Positions 13,995-26,140 of a DNA stretch of 64,000 nucleotides are shown piece after piece. Position 1 is the stretch's first letter, and each line of letters opens with the position of its first letter. The translations under genes and the position numbers were made by a program. The notes under the pieces are model-generated. The model searched no databases. It was not told the DNA's origin and saw only the letters and a program-made list of their open reading frames with translations. The stretch is from Octopus vulgaris (lineage: Eukaryota), in contig OX597828.1 of assembly GCA_951406725.2 (NCBI GenBank), forward strand, positions 9,176,001 through 9,240,000, in the 5' to 3' direction.

Positions 13995-14187
13995 AACAAT
14001 TGCAGCGTGCAAGGTGTTTATAAGCCATTTAAGAAACACACTAATACCGTCAGATTCACTTCAACATTTAAATTTAAATTTAAAGTTGTCAAAATATTTT
14101 GGTCTCTTGGAAACCGCCACCTGTTCACTGAGAAAATTCTGTACTGCATCTCAGATCAGGTCACTTGCTATGCAAGTACATCTCCGT
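13995..14187 (-). mobile_element. Small PLE-type element with G3-C8 HHR-like motif (14086-14134); same family as 57374-57600
   Basis: Minus strand tt(c)tca-GTGAACA-ggtggc..gagac-cAAA-atat-tt-tgacaa. The sister copy retains gacGAAAatatttt. Flanked by (TA)n and (TG)n. Confidence 0.6.
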
Positions 14188-14193
14188 ATGTGT

Positions 14194-14274
<81 letters not shown>

Positions 14275-14570
14275 CTGTTTGTGTATGTGTAGGTAGCTAC
14301 GTGGGTTGGTGGTAACGGAGATAAACAGAGTTAAGCTTGATATAATGTGTTTCCTGTACTGGGCTTACCCAACTCTAAGTTATTGTCACACAGAAACAGT
14401 GTTAGGAAAGTTTGATACACACTTGACTGCAATTTGCTGCTCGAACCATGGCGTTCAGCTGTCAGAGTCATTAGCACGAATTACTGCACGAGTCTTCATT
14501 AAGATGTTCGTGGTAATGTTATGTTTAGGAAGTCCTATAAAGAAGTTTCCATTGCGAATGAGTGAAGGTT

Positions 14571-14790
14571 TACTCTTTTATTTGTTTCAGTCATCTGACT
14601 GTGGCCATGCTGCATCACCGCCTTTAGTCGAGCAAGTCGACCCCAGGACTTATTCATTGTAAGCCTAGTACTTATTCTATCGGTGAAACCGAACCTCTAA
14701 GTTACGTAAACTCACCAGCATCGGTTGTCAAGCTATGTTGGGGGACAAACAGAGACACACAAAGATATACACACACATACGTATATACAT

Positions 14791-14830
<40 letters not shown>

Positions 14831-14920
14831 ATATATATACGACGGGCTTCTTTCAGTTTCTGTCTACCAAATCCACTCACAAGTCTTTGGTCAGCTACTT
14901 ACCACACACCAAATCCTACT
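14571..14920 (-). mobile_element. SINE family B
   Basis: Clear match to 23034-23445 with internal (CA)/(TA) tract. Confidence 0.85.
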
Positions 14921-14964
14921 TGTATTATTTATATATTTTGTTTAATTTATGATTAATATTGGAT

Positions 14965-15397
14965 TAAAATTTTGGCGCTAGACTTGCAATTCGGTGGATG
15001 GTTAAGTACATCGATGCCAGTGCTCTAGTGGTACTGATTTTATTGCTACTGAATAGATGAAACGTAACATCAAGCTCCGCGGAATTTGATATCAGAATGT
15101 AAACAAGAAATAGACAACGTTAAGCATTTTTCACGGCGTGCTAAAGATTCTATCAGCTTGCAGCCACTGTATAATTATTATTGATTTCAAATTTTGACAC
15201 AAGGCCAGCAAATTCGAGCAAGAGTGTAAATTGATTATATCAGCCCCAGTCGCCTACAGGTACTTATTTTAGCGATCCCGAAAGGATGAAAAGTAAATTC
15301 GACCTCAGTGGAATTTGAACTCAGAAAATATAACGGCGGGCAAAATGCTGCTAACCATTTTGCGCGATGTGCTAACGATTCAACCAGCTCGCCGCCT
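14965..15397 (-). mobile_element. Two tandem SINE family A copies
   Basis: 'cccgaaaggatgaaaagtaaattcgacctcagtggaatttgaactcagaa' and head reverse complement ccagctcgccgcc at ~15397. Confidence 0.85.
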
Positions 15398-16520
15398 TAA
15401 TAATAATTAACAGTTGTTGAATCCCAACATTTTGTTAATCCCAACATTTTGCACTGAAATAAATTAAGAACTGTCATTCATCAAATAACGCTTTGAAGTC
15501 ATTTATTCTTATTTTGGAGTCCAAATTGTAAATCGATATTTACATAAATTTTAAAGAAAAAAACATATATTGCAATTGAAGTCGACATTTGAAATATACC
15601 CAGGAATAAGTTTAAGTACAAAGACCGCACAATCTATGTCAATAGTGTTGCAGGCTATTTCGATCCGATATAATCTATGGCTAGATAACATCCGGAAACC
15701 ATCAAAGACTTATTGGATATCCCATCATTATATAACTCAAACCATGCATTGTTATTTATTCGTCGTAAGATGAATGGTCCTTAACTGATTTATACCACAA
15801 TCTTGCAACTGTCAAATCTCATTTTGGACAGAACCAACAAGGAAGTCTTTACAATTTCGTTCCACCTCTAAAAACAGAAAGCGAATCAGCTTCAATCAAC
15901 TCTATCGTTTCAAAAGAAGGAATAACACATTGCATAACGTGGTTTTATATGCATTGTAACTGGAGCGAGAGGGATTTATACTTGATGATCAAGGAGGAAC
16001 GCACTTCATGAAATGCACAGCAAAGTAATATATTATTACTAGAAATTGCACGCAAATCATACAAGAGTGTTTTAACACAAAAATAAAAGGACTAAAATAC
16101 AGTAAAGCATTCAAAAAGCATTGACAATGCAAGTAGCCTATACATACTCATCTATGCAGCGAAGGTAAAAAAATTCCTAATATAAGATGCTCTATAAATA
16201 GTTTAGACGCATAAGAATTAAATTATTCCAGTAACAGTGATCGATATGGAGAGTGTTTTACCTGTATGACATAATTATACAGCAAATACGAGAGAAGGGG
16301 AGTTTCCTGAAAAGGGAAGGATTATTGTAAGATACATTTCGCCCGTCGCTCGATCCATTGTCTGAAACCACTGCACCATCACCCTTACTATTGCTGGAGG
16401 TTTCTGATTGAAAATAACACGAATTGTGCTGAATTTTTTAGATTGTGGGAAAGTGAGAAAAACTAAATTTAAACAGGAGTATCTAAATTTCACACGAAAT
16501 CCGTATAGCCACCGAGTATG

Positions 16521-16608
<88 letters not shown>

Positions 16609-16639
16609 ACTACTACTACTACTAGTGCTGCTGCTGCTG

Positions 16640-16720
<81 letters not shown>
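16521..16720. repeat. Compound trinucleotide tract (CAC/TAC/TGC/TAA)
   Basis: Direct reading; explains the poly-T/A/N and poly-S ORFs. Confidence 0.97.
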
Positions 16721-16842
16721 GCCCTATGAATGATATTTCTAAAATTATTAGGCGTCTGCCACATTCCTCTCATAGCATCTTTGTTCTTGGTGTGTCAATT
16801 GTCTATTTTGATTTGGCATCGAAATAGCGGATAACGAAACAG

Positions 16843-16899
<57 letters not shown>

Positions 16900-18393
16900 A
16901 AGAACAATGAAAATAAGAGTGAAATAAATTAAAAGCCAAAGCACAAACCAATAAAAGGGAACGAAATAAAATTCTCCAAACAAGAACTGGAAAAATACCA
17001 CCTCCCATCTCTGTCTAATATCTTATATCGTGTACTATATGAATGTACAAGATATTAGGCTAATTTAAAATTTTAATTAAAAACAGACATTATCTTTTAT
17101 TAACAACGAAACAATAATAGCAATAAGAATTGTAACAACAATAATAATAATAGTAATAATATTGCAGATAAGAATAAAATTAACAATGAAAACAACAATA
17201 AGAATAAAGGAAGACATACACACTCGTTGTTTCAAAGTTTAATTCCAGACAATTAAAGTCCATGCTTTTTGTCGATGTTGTTGTTGTTGTTGTGATTTTT
17301 GTCTCCGTTCCCGGGAATTTAATTTTTCAGAATTTGATGAGAAGAAAATGAAACTAAGCAAATACGCTGACAGAGTTACTGATAATGTCGGCCGGTGATA
17401 TTATTGGCTGTAGTGATGGTGTTTGAATGTAGTGGAAGCGGGTGATAGTCGCGATAGTGACAAGCATGAGGAGGAGTGGGAGTATAACGTGACTGTTAGA
17501 GCGTTGATGAGGATGCGGTGGGGGGAGGAGGAGGAAGAAGGAGATGAGAAGGATAAGGAGGAGAAGGTGGAGGAGGACACGAGAAGAAAGTTGTTGTCAA
17601 TGACAAATACGAGAGCAATTATTAAGATGCGGTGGAAGGATGCTATGATGACAAAGCTATAATGACGACGAAGAGAAAAATGGAAATTCTTTTTTTAAAA
17701 AATGGAAGTAGTTATCCAAGAGTAATGTAGTAAGAGGAAATTCTGTGAGACATGGCCTTGTAAACCAGTTATTTTCCGTTTAATTCTGTTTTTTTTTTAT
17801 TCTGAAATATTGAGTGGCTAAATAAATGAGGTCGAATGTGTGTAAGGGAGAAGAAAAGAGACAGAGAATATTACTATATGCTGAGGTATTTGAGAAGAAA
17901 AACATATAGGCTGAAAGTGTGAGAAGGGGTATAAGAAAAAAAGAGATAAAATGGTACCAAAGTGTATGCGTGTGCATGCCTGGTGGTGTAAAAGAACGAT
18001 GCTGAAAGGGAGGAAGAGTAACGTTGACTGCTTTGTAATAAGATCGCTAATTGAATTTCACGAACAATATTTTTTCCACAAATTACAATCATGTCATCAA
18101 AGGAACAGATAAAAATCAATTTTACTTATAAGCAATGTATAAGCATAGAATAAAACGTAGGTGCGTCAAGCGTGGTTACGGCTATAGTTTTATCATTCCC
18201 TATTAGAATCATTCTTTCTTAGAAATTTAGTGTCTCTGTCCTCACTTTCTGTGTTTGTGTGTATGTATGTGTATGTATGTGCGTGTGTGAGTGTGAGACT
18301 GAAAGAGAGAGAGAGAGAGAGAGTGAGTGAGAGAGAGAGAGAGGGACGAGAGAGCGTGAGTGTACGTGTAGTGGGTGCGTGTGTATGTATTTA

Positions 18394-18860
18394 GGCTCGC
18401 TGTGTGATAAGAAGTTTGCTTCCCAACCCCATTATTCTGTGATCAGTTTCACTGCCTTGCACCTTGGGAGAGTGATATTCTACTATTGACTCCGGTGGAG
18501 TTTTGATTCATTTGATTCATTTGATTCACCTTTTGAGTGAATTTTCTAGGGGGGAAACTGAAAAGAAGCCCGTAGCTGTTCTGGTGCTGACATCAACGTG
18601 TTCTGCTATGTCAGGGAACTTGCAACCAGGATTGTGATTGGTCCTGGACGAGGTGATGTGACACCTTAACTATTCTGGTGAATTGCTCAATCCCTCTAAT
18701 AATAATTCTATGTGAGTGTGTAAAAGTACGTGTGTGTATGTGTATCTGTTTGTTTTTGTATTACTGTTTGTCCTCCACTATCGGTGAAGTGATGTGTGTT
18801 TACATCCCTGTAACTAGCGGCTAGGGAAAAGAAAGCGATAGAATATGTAACTGTACTTTA
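18394..18860 (+). mobile_element. SINE family B interrupted by a Tc1-like fragment (18575-18700)
   Basis: The 5' half ends 'gaaaagaagcccgt' and the 3' half resumes at ~18730. The insert matches 19624-19690. Confidence 0.65.
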
Positions 18861-18865
18861 AAAAA

Positions 18866-19372
18866 TTATGTTCTTACTCGTTCAGAAATTCTACTAATTA
18901 TCTTCTCGTTAGTCCATAGAATAAACAGTGATTCATCGGAGCAGACAGGGCACCTCCTGGAAATTATATTGTATGGTTTCTTATAACTTAGCATGAACCG
19001 ATCAATGCTGAATTTCGTTTTATCCTCCTTCAGTTGCCATACAAATAAATACGATAAATGCTCACGCAGAGAAAACATATAGATGTCCTTCGATGAACCT
19101 CTGTATGAGTACAAATCTTCTATATAAATGTACCGTGCACACAAGGGGAGGGTCCTATGCTTACATCGGGCAGACGGCTGATCCATTTAAGAAAAGTTAT
19201 CTTCTCGTTAATCCACAAAAGAAACAGGAATTCCTCGGAGCAGAGATGGCATCTTCCGGAAATTATATTACATGGTTTCGCATACCTTACTATGGACTGA
19301 TTAATGCTGTACTTTGTATTATCCTCCTTTCGTCGTCATACAAAATCGGCTGAAGATGTTGAATGTCTCTTG
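18866..19372 (-). mobile_element. Two tandem Penelope-like GIY-YIG C-terminal fragments
   Basis: LSYLFVWQLKEDKTKFSIDRFMLSYKKPYNIISRRCPVCSDESLFIL matches the PLE 'LS.Y.W.LK....Y.I.W....PYN....C..C..E' motif. A second partial copy lies at 19196-19372. Confidence 0.75.
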
Positions 19373-19454
19373 AATATATATATATATGTATATATATCTA
19401 GCCAAATTCTTCATTACATAGTCTCGAGACTCACACTCGACCACTGTCAGAAAA

Positions 19455-19800
19455 TACAGCAAATCTGGACTTGTTGCAGAATATGACAGTGTCGCAAAAC
19501 ACTAGTCGCCTCTCCATCATCTCACTGGCCCAATCTTTTCCCCGCTTGATATTGGCTGGTCAAAGAAGTGGCTTCCTTGTTGCGACTCTGCCATAGTAAC
19601 CAAGTGTGTGGATATACCTGTCAGCTGTTCTAGTACTGACATCAACGTGTTCTGCTATATCAGAGGACTTGCAACCAGTATTGTGATTTTCTGAAATGTT
19701 ACGCTGACTATGTCCATCTCCAGAAGCACCCACAATACGGCTTCTTTGAAATTGAGAGAGTTCCATGGCTTCTTTTGTACATGACATGATTAAACAGTCA
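19455..19800 (-). mobile_element. Tc1-like transposase N-terminal remnant
   Basis: ELSQFQRSRIVG..GHSQRNIS and VSTRT..RYIHTLGYYGRVATRKPLL are typical Tc1 HTH and linker motifs. Confidence 0.8.
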
Positions 19801-19914
19801 TATATAGAACCTGAAACATAAAAATGTCAATTAATAAAAAGTATAAACATCTAAAAGTTAGAATAAACATAAAACGACGTGTAACGGGATATCTATTAAC
19901 TTCAGTCATGTGCG

Positions 19915-20125
19915 AGTTTGTGTATATATATGCATATATATGCCTGTGTATGTTTTGTGTTTGTGTTTGTCCAACCCTCACCCTTTGACAACTAGTGTTG
20001 GTGTGTTTAAGTTATCATAACCTAGCAGCTCAGCAAACAACGGCGATAGAATAACTATTATGCTTATAAAAAAATACAAGTCCTTCAAGTATGCCCGCTG
20101 TCTGAAACAAGTATAAGAATAATAG
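19915..20125 (+). mobile_element. SINE family B 3' half
   Basis: 'ttgacaactagtgttggtgtgttta...cgatagaataa...ctgaaacaagt'. Confidence 0.7.
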
Positions 20126-20261
20126 AATAAAAGATCATGTATATATATATATATGTATGTATATATGAGCGCGTGCTTATATGTTGTTTCAGTCTGTATG
20201 TGTTTATATATGTGTATGTATACAACTATGTCAATTATTCTATCCATCTCACTCTCTATAT

Positions 20262-20324
<63 letters not shown>

Positions 20325-20410
20325 TAATATCATTAGGGAGTATATCTCCAAACTTACAGGGAAAAATTCAATTTAGTAATAAAGCAAATTTCACAATATA
20401 AATATATAAT

Positions 20411-20600
20411 ATATATAAATTAGAGAAAAACCACTATTATGTAATTCAAACAATGCTAGACATAAACCATATCATATAGAAAAAATAAAATATATTATAA
20501 AACATAACTAGTTTTATAATATATTTTATTTTTTTCATGATTTGTTTATTGTTGTTTGAATTACATAATAGTGGTTTTTCTGTAATTTATATATATATAT
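20411..20600. repeat. Imperfect palindrome between (TA)n tracts
   Basis: gaaaaaccactattatgtaattcaaacaa pairs with ttgtttgaattacataatagtggtttttc; the inner aaaataaaatatattataaaac pairs with gttttataatatattttatttt. Confidence 0.85.
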
Positions 20601-20610
20601 ATATATATAT

Positions 20611-21498
20611 ATTAATAATTATCGCCATACTAATATGGCAGTCTATAAATATAAAACTAAAGCTCTCGCTGATTAGCTCAAAGAGGCCATCGCCTCTAGC
20701 TAGCTATATGACACACGAATCTGCGTTCATTACAAGCTTCGAACGGAAAAGACCCTGATACGACCTTCAAATCTCCAAGAATAACACATACCTTTTAGGT
20801 TAGCAAATGAAAGAAAACGAATCAACCCAGCTTTAGGTGTCGCTACCGACTGTCTGTTGCAAGATTTTATTTACCTAGTTACAGTGGAATACATCTACTT
20901 GTTTTCAATAATAGAAATATTAAAATTACTAAGTCTCTCTAAAGGAGATTACGGCAGCGTTACTGGATATTAATAGTTATCGCCATCATCATCATCATTG
21001 TCATCATTATCATCACTATCGTCGTCATCATCCTCATCATCATAATCATCATCATCATCATCATCATCATTATTACTACTACTACTACTACTACTACTAC
21101 ACTACTACTACTACTACTACTACTTTTAATATTTCTATTATTGAAAACAAGTGGATGTATTCCACTGTAACTAGGTAAATAAAATCTTCGAACAGACGGT
21201 CAGTAGCGACACCTGCTGGGTCTGACTACGCTGCATTGATAAAGGGCAACAACCCTGAAACATGTGTGCAGATGTCTGACTAGCAAGGTGAAGCGGCTGA
21301 CCTCCCCTGTTCGAAGGTTGTAATGAACGCAGGTTCGTGTGTCATATAGCTAGCTAGAGGCGATGGCCTGTTTGAGCTAATCAGCGACAGCTTTAGTCTT
21401 ATATTTATAGACTGCCATATTAGTATGGCGATAACTATTAATATCCAGTAACGCTGCCGTAATCTCCTTTAGAGAGACTTAGTAATTTTAATATTTCT
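20611..21498. mobile_element. Inverted pair of ~360-bp circularly permuted units (retrozyme/PLE pseudo-LTR-like)
   Basis: 20611-20986 and 21124-21498 are reverse complements with different start points. Each is terminally redundant (18 bp with one mismatch, and 13 bp). Confidence 0.8.
21231..21271 (+). ncRNA. Minimal type I hammerhead motif with U3-A8 core
   Basis: ctgca-TTGATAA-aggg caacaa ccct-GAAA-catg-TG-tgcag. All three stems are intact, but the cleavage triplet is GUG (non-canonical). Confidence 0.7.
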
Positions 21499-21785
21499 CT
21501 CTCTCTATATATATATGTTATAATTATATACATAATTATAACAAGGAATTGACTATATGCCTCACCACGCACTGTAAAAATAGACGGCAAAAGACCCTAT
21601 TACGACCTTCAAATCTCCGAGAATAACACACTACATTTTAGGTTAGCAAATGAAAGAAAATGAATCAAAAACTTTGGATAACTACATAAAAATTCCTGTT
21701 TCAAGCTTCAAGGAAATAGATATTATCTATTGCTATCATCAGCGGATTATTTTGCTCAAGTCGTCTTCCAACAAGTAGCTGTTTT

Positions 21786-21908
21786 CATCATCATCATCAT
21801 CTTCGTCGTCGTCGTCGTCGTCATCATCATCATCATCATCATCATCATTTTCATCATTATCATCACCATCGTCGTCATTATCCTCAGCATCACCATCATC
21901 ATCATCAT

Positions 21909-21966
<58 letters not shown>

Positions 21967-22012
21967 ACTACTACTACTACTACTACAACTACCACTACTA
22001 TCATTTTTATTA

Positions 22013-22086
<74 letters not shown>

Positions 22087-22110
22087 GTTATTATTATTAT
22101 TATTATTATT
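21786..22110. repeat. Compound CAT/CGT/TAC/TGC/TAT trinucleotide tract
   Basis: Direct reading; its first part resembles 20985-21123. Confidence 0.95.
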
Positions 22111-22683
22111 GAGTGAGCGAGCAGAGCATGCCATCAAAGTGACACTAGGGTAAAATATACGAAGCCCAGTATACCCATCATGACTACCCGTCTGATAAGG
22201 GTACACCAGGCACATGCATCACAAACATATGTGCGCGACATGGTGATCTCATATCAAGATAAACAGCACATGACCTTGCAGATGGGGCCCAGTTACAATT
22301 TTCTTCAGATCGAGTAACCCATCCCGCTCAAAGGTCCCTGAATAAGGATTGTTTAAGGACGTTGAACGAAACACCCATGTTTCCAGAGGTGAATTATTCA
22401 AACCCCAAAGAATCCTTCTCAACACATGGCTATGATGCTCCCCCACTACTTCTGCTCGTGATCAGAGATGCACATATCGTCAGTCACTAAGGGACATGCT
22501 CAACTGGTTAAGGTCAAACAACTGACAAGCAAATCTGTGGTATTGAGCAGAATATTTGCTGTAGCCCATCTTTTATACCAAGACAAAACAATGTATATGA
22601 TAACACTTCCAATCAGTTAAGATCAGAAGCCATGAGAGCCACTGCCTGGTACTGCATCAGGGCATTTATACTGCATCAGGACA

Positions 22684-22684
<1 letters not shown>
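22111..22684. mobile_element. Unclassified ~570-bp interspersed repeat inserted in (TAT)n
   Basis: (TAT)n on both sides; a diverged inverted copy lies at 48170-48505. Confidence 0.7.
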
Positions 22685-22725
<41 letters not shown>

Positions 22726-23033
22726 GCAAACGATATTCGACATATCGGAACTCCGAAAATATATTACAACATATATGTTCTATATTCATTCGAATTATAT
22801 TGAAGATACTTTTCCGGAATAATGCCTTTTTCATTCTAATTATTAATAATATATCTGTAATCGAAATAACGTTCTGATATATTATGATATGAAGTGAATT
22901 CCCAAACCCTTAGTATCTAATATGTATTACGCTACTTCTAAGCACACTGTTGGAAAGAATAGTACGAATACCACGGCTTTATAGATATTGGGTTTTTAGG
23001 CTTGAAATTAACACTTCACTAAAATAAATAACT

Positions 23034-23216
23034 AGGCGCAGGAATGACTGTGTAGTAAGTAGCTTGCTTACCAACCACATTGTGCCTGGTTTATTCCCAC
23101 TGCGTAGCACCTTGCGCAAGTGTCTTCTACTGTAGCCTCGGACTGACCAAAATCTTGTGGGTGGATTTGGTAGACAGATATTGAAAGAAGCCTGTCGTAT
23201 ATATATATATATATTA

Positions 23217-23247
<31 letters not shown>

Positions 23248-23445
23248 GTTTGTGTGTGTGTGTAAATGTATGTGTGTCTGTGTTTGTCCCCCCAACATCG
23301 CTTGATAACAGATGGTGGTTCGGCAAAACAGACCGAAAGAATAAGTACTAGGGTTGCAAAGGCTAAGTCCTGGAGTCGATTTGCTCGACTAAATGTGGTA
23401 CTCCAGCATGGCCGCAGTCAAATGTCTGAAACAAGTAAAAGAGTA
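23034..23445 (+). mobile_element. Near full-length SINE family B
   Basis: tRNA-like head, 'caccttgcgcaagtgtctt' domain, internal (TA)/(TG) tract, tail ccagcatggccgcagtcaaatgtctgaaacaagtaaaag. Confidence 0.88.
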
Positions 23446-23819
23446 AATCAGGGTAACTACTGGATTTCTCAAAATTTCATAAAATTGCCGATATACTCCA
23501 GTGTTCGATTGTGACACTTTTTACATAAATGTCAAAATTCCTTCAAAGTAAAATCCCATTCATAGTGGAATCAGCTATATTCCACTCAGATAATCGTGTG
23601 TAGTACAGCATATAATTTGCAAACACTCTCTCACGGAAACATGCTGGACTCTTTGAAAAACCGCAAAATAATGATGATACAAATACATTAGATAAATATA
23701 TACAGTAAAATATTCCGTCAATTAATCTAGATCTGAGATCTACACAGTTTCAGACTATTCCAATACACATACATTCATACCTACCGACGTATATACATAT
23801 ACACCTAAACCCACATATA

Positions 23820-23875
<56 letters not shown>

Positions 23876-23916
23876 GTACACACACACACACACAAACACA
23901 CACAAATACCCACACT

Positions 23917-23952
<36 letters not shown>

Positions 23953-23963
23953 CACATATACAT

Positions 23964-24012
<49 letters not shown>

Positions 24013-24089
24013 TATTCATATATTCATTATATTATATATATATATATAAATACACACACACATGCGTATTTATGTCAAAGCTTAAATGT

Positions 24090-24640
24090 CTTTTCCCAAA
24101 CTTGATGTCCACTCAATGCTAGAGATTACTTTTTCGATAATCTCTCACTGACATTAGCAAGGCTCGAGTAACTTTCGACCGTAAGTGTATCAGCAATGAC
24201 TTCACAATCTCAAAATAAACTAGACCTCCTGAAAAATGTTCATTCAATTCTTTGTGAGAACGTGTGTATCAACAAGGCTTAATCATCCGCAAACAAAAGG
24301 TTTTTGCTTTCTCTACTCTTCAACACATACTATCCTACTCCCAGGATATAATGATCTGTGATTAATTCTCCATGTCAAACACTATCTGTTCGGTTTGGTT
24401 TCTATACTGAAGCGAACTCTCAATACTATATTGATTTAGTTTTAAAGTATATATTTCAGAAAGGACGCATATCCGCCAAACTTCACAATTATCCCTCTGG
24501 CTTTCTCTCCATTTACAGCTCCTTTGTATGAGACACATCGCCGATTTTGGACGTAATACATACCACAGTTGTTTCTTATACCTTGATATAAATGTGATCC
24601 GCTTCGCCATCATACGTACATGCTGCAAAATAACCGACCA
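24090..24640 (-). mobile_element. RTE-like LINE reverse transcriptase remnant
   Basis: Minus strand reads LLFADD*ALL at ~24300, with an upstream KQ..YVL.P motif (QG.VL.P-like). Confidence 0.55.
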
Positions 24641-24728
24641 AATTTAAAGATTAACCAGCTCAACTAATCGTTTGAAATTGCTAATATGCATAACTACACA
24701 CTTGCATACATATTCACACACACACACG

Positions 24729-24788
<60 letters not shown>

Positions 24789-24820
24789 TGTGTTTGTGTA
24801 GTTATACATACACACATATA

Positions 24821-25486
24821 CCTTAAAGTAAGTTACGTTAACTCTTACTCAAAATTCATTCCCACCGCATTGTACGAAAATACATCTATATGCGTGCAGG
24901 CATCTCGAGAGTCGTCCAGACATTCTAATCATTATCTTCTCGTTAGTCCACAGAATTAACAGGGATTCCTGGGATCAGAGATGGCATCTTCTGGAAATTA
25001 TATTACATGGTTTCGCAATGCTGTTCTTTGTATTATCCTCCTTTAGTCGTCATATAAATCTGCCGAAGATGTTGAATGTCTCTTATTAATTGTCTTAAAA
25101 CTGGCAACATGGTTAAGATAACGGTTCTTAAATGAATCAGCCGTCTGCCCAATCTAAACATAGGGCCCTCCCCTTCTGTGCACGGTACATTTATATACAA
25201 GATTTGTACTCATACAGTGATTCATTGAAGGACATTTTGATTTTTTCTTTGCATGAGCATTTATCGTATTTATTTGTATGGCGACTGAAGAAGGATAAAA
25301 CGAAATACAGCATTGATCGGTCCATTGTATGTTATAAGAAACCATACAATATAATTTCCAGGAGGTGTCGTCTCTGCTCCGAGGAATCCCTGTTTGTTCT
25401 GTGGACTAACGAGAAGATAATTAGTAGACTTTCTGAACGAGTGAGAATGAATTTTGAGTAACCGTTAACTTAATTTACTTTAAGGT
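24821..25486. mobile_element. Inverted pair of Penelope-like GIY-YIG fragments
   Basis: ORF 25132-25461 contains VWRLKKDKTKYSIDRS..KPYNIISRRCRLCSEE; 24821-25084 is a diverged reverse-complement copy. Confidence 0.78.
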
Positions 25487-25499
25487 ATGGATGGCTTAC

Positions 25500-25990
25500 G
25501 TTTTCTTTTAACCTCCCCATTCTTGCAAACACCAAATAGATAACTAGCTCGCTTTGTCATCATGAGGGCTCCAAACTTCACTTGTGAGTATCCTCACATT
25601 TTTGCAGATGCTTGTATGAGCGAGTGTACTCGCGCCATACAGCTTGCCCGAGGGCGGTTATACATCCATATCGGTTAACGGTTGTATTAAATACTTTTCT
25701 CGCTGGATTACGTATTCCATTCTCTTCTTGCCATCTTTGATTTTATTTTGACCTTCTATATAAATGAAGATGTTCCCTCCCCGTGGATGCTTTTCTCTCT
25801 ACAAAACGGGAAGTTACATTGCGGAACAGTCATTTTTACGAGTCGTATTTATTTATCACCCGACGAGTTAGATCATCACCACCGCATGGTCCTGAACCAG
25901 TTGTTGAGTATCCCACCCAAGAGAAATCGATGCTAGATGTGTCAAAACAATTGTCGTGATTACTTCTCGTATATTCCATATTTTGTCTTT
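25500..25990 (-). mobile_element. Possible MULE transposase remnant
   Basis: Minus strand NGIRNPARKVF...YGCITALGQAVWR resembles the MULE 'E.A..NA...VF...GC.FH.GQA.WR' motif. Confidence 0.45.
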
Positions 25991-26101
25991 CATTTGCTAT
26001 ATACCTGACTATCACTATGAAAGTGACCGTACTTTACCTGTAAGCTACCAGGTGTAAAGCATTTGTTTTATTATCCATTATAAACACACACTCACACACA
26101 T

Positions 26102-26140
<39 letters not shown>

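Noticed and set aside
16408-16827. Homopolymer ORFs (also 21730-22215, 46648-46974, 61556-61884)
   Set aside because: Trinucleotide tracts with no domain or splice evidence.
17423-17662. Acidic Glu-rich ORF
   Set aside because: Low-complexity GAG/GAA-rich sequence with no homology cue.
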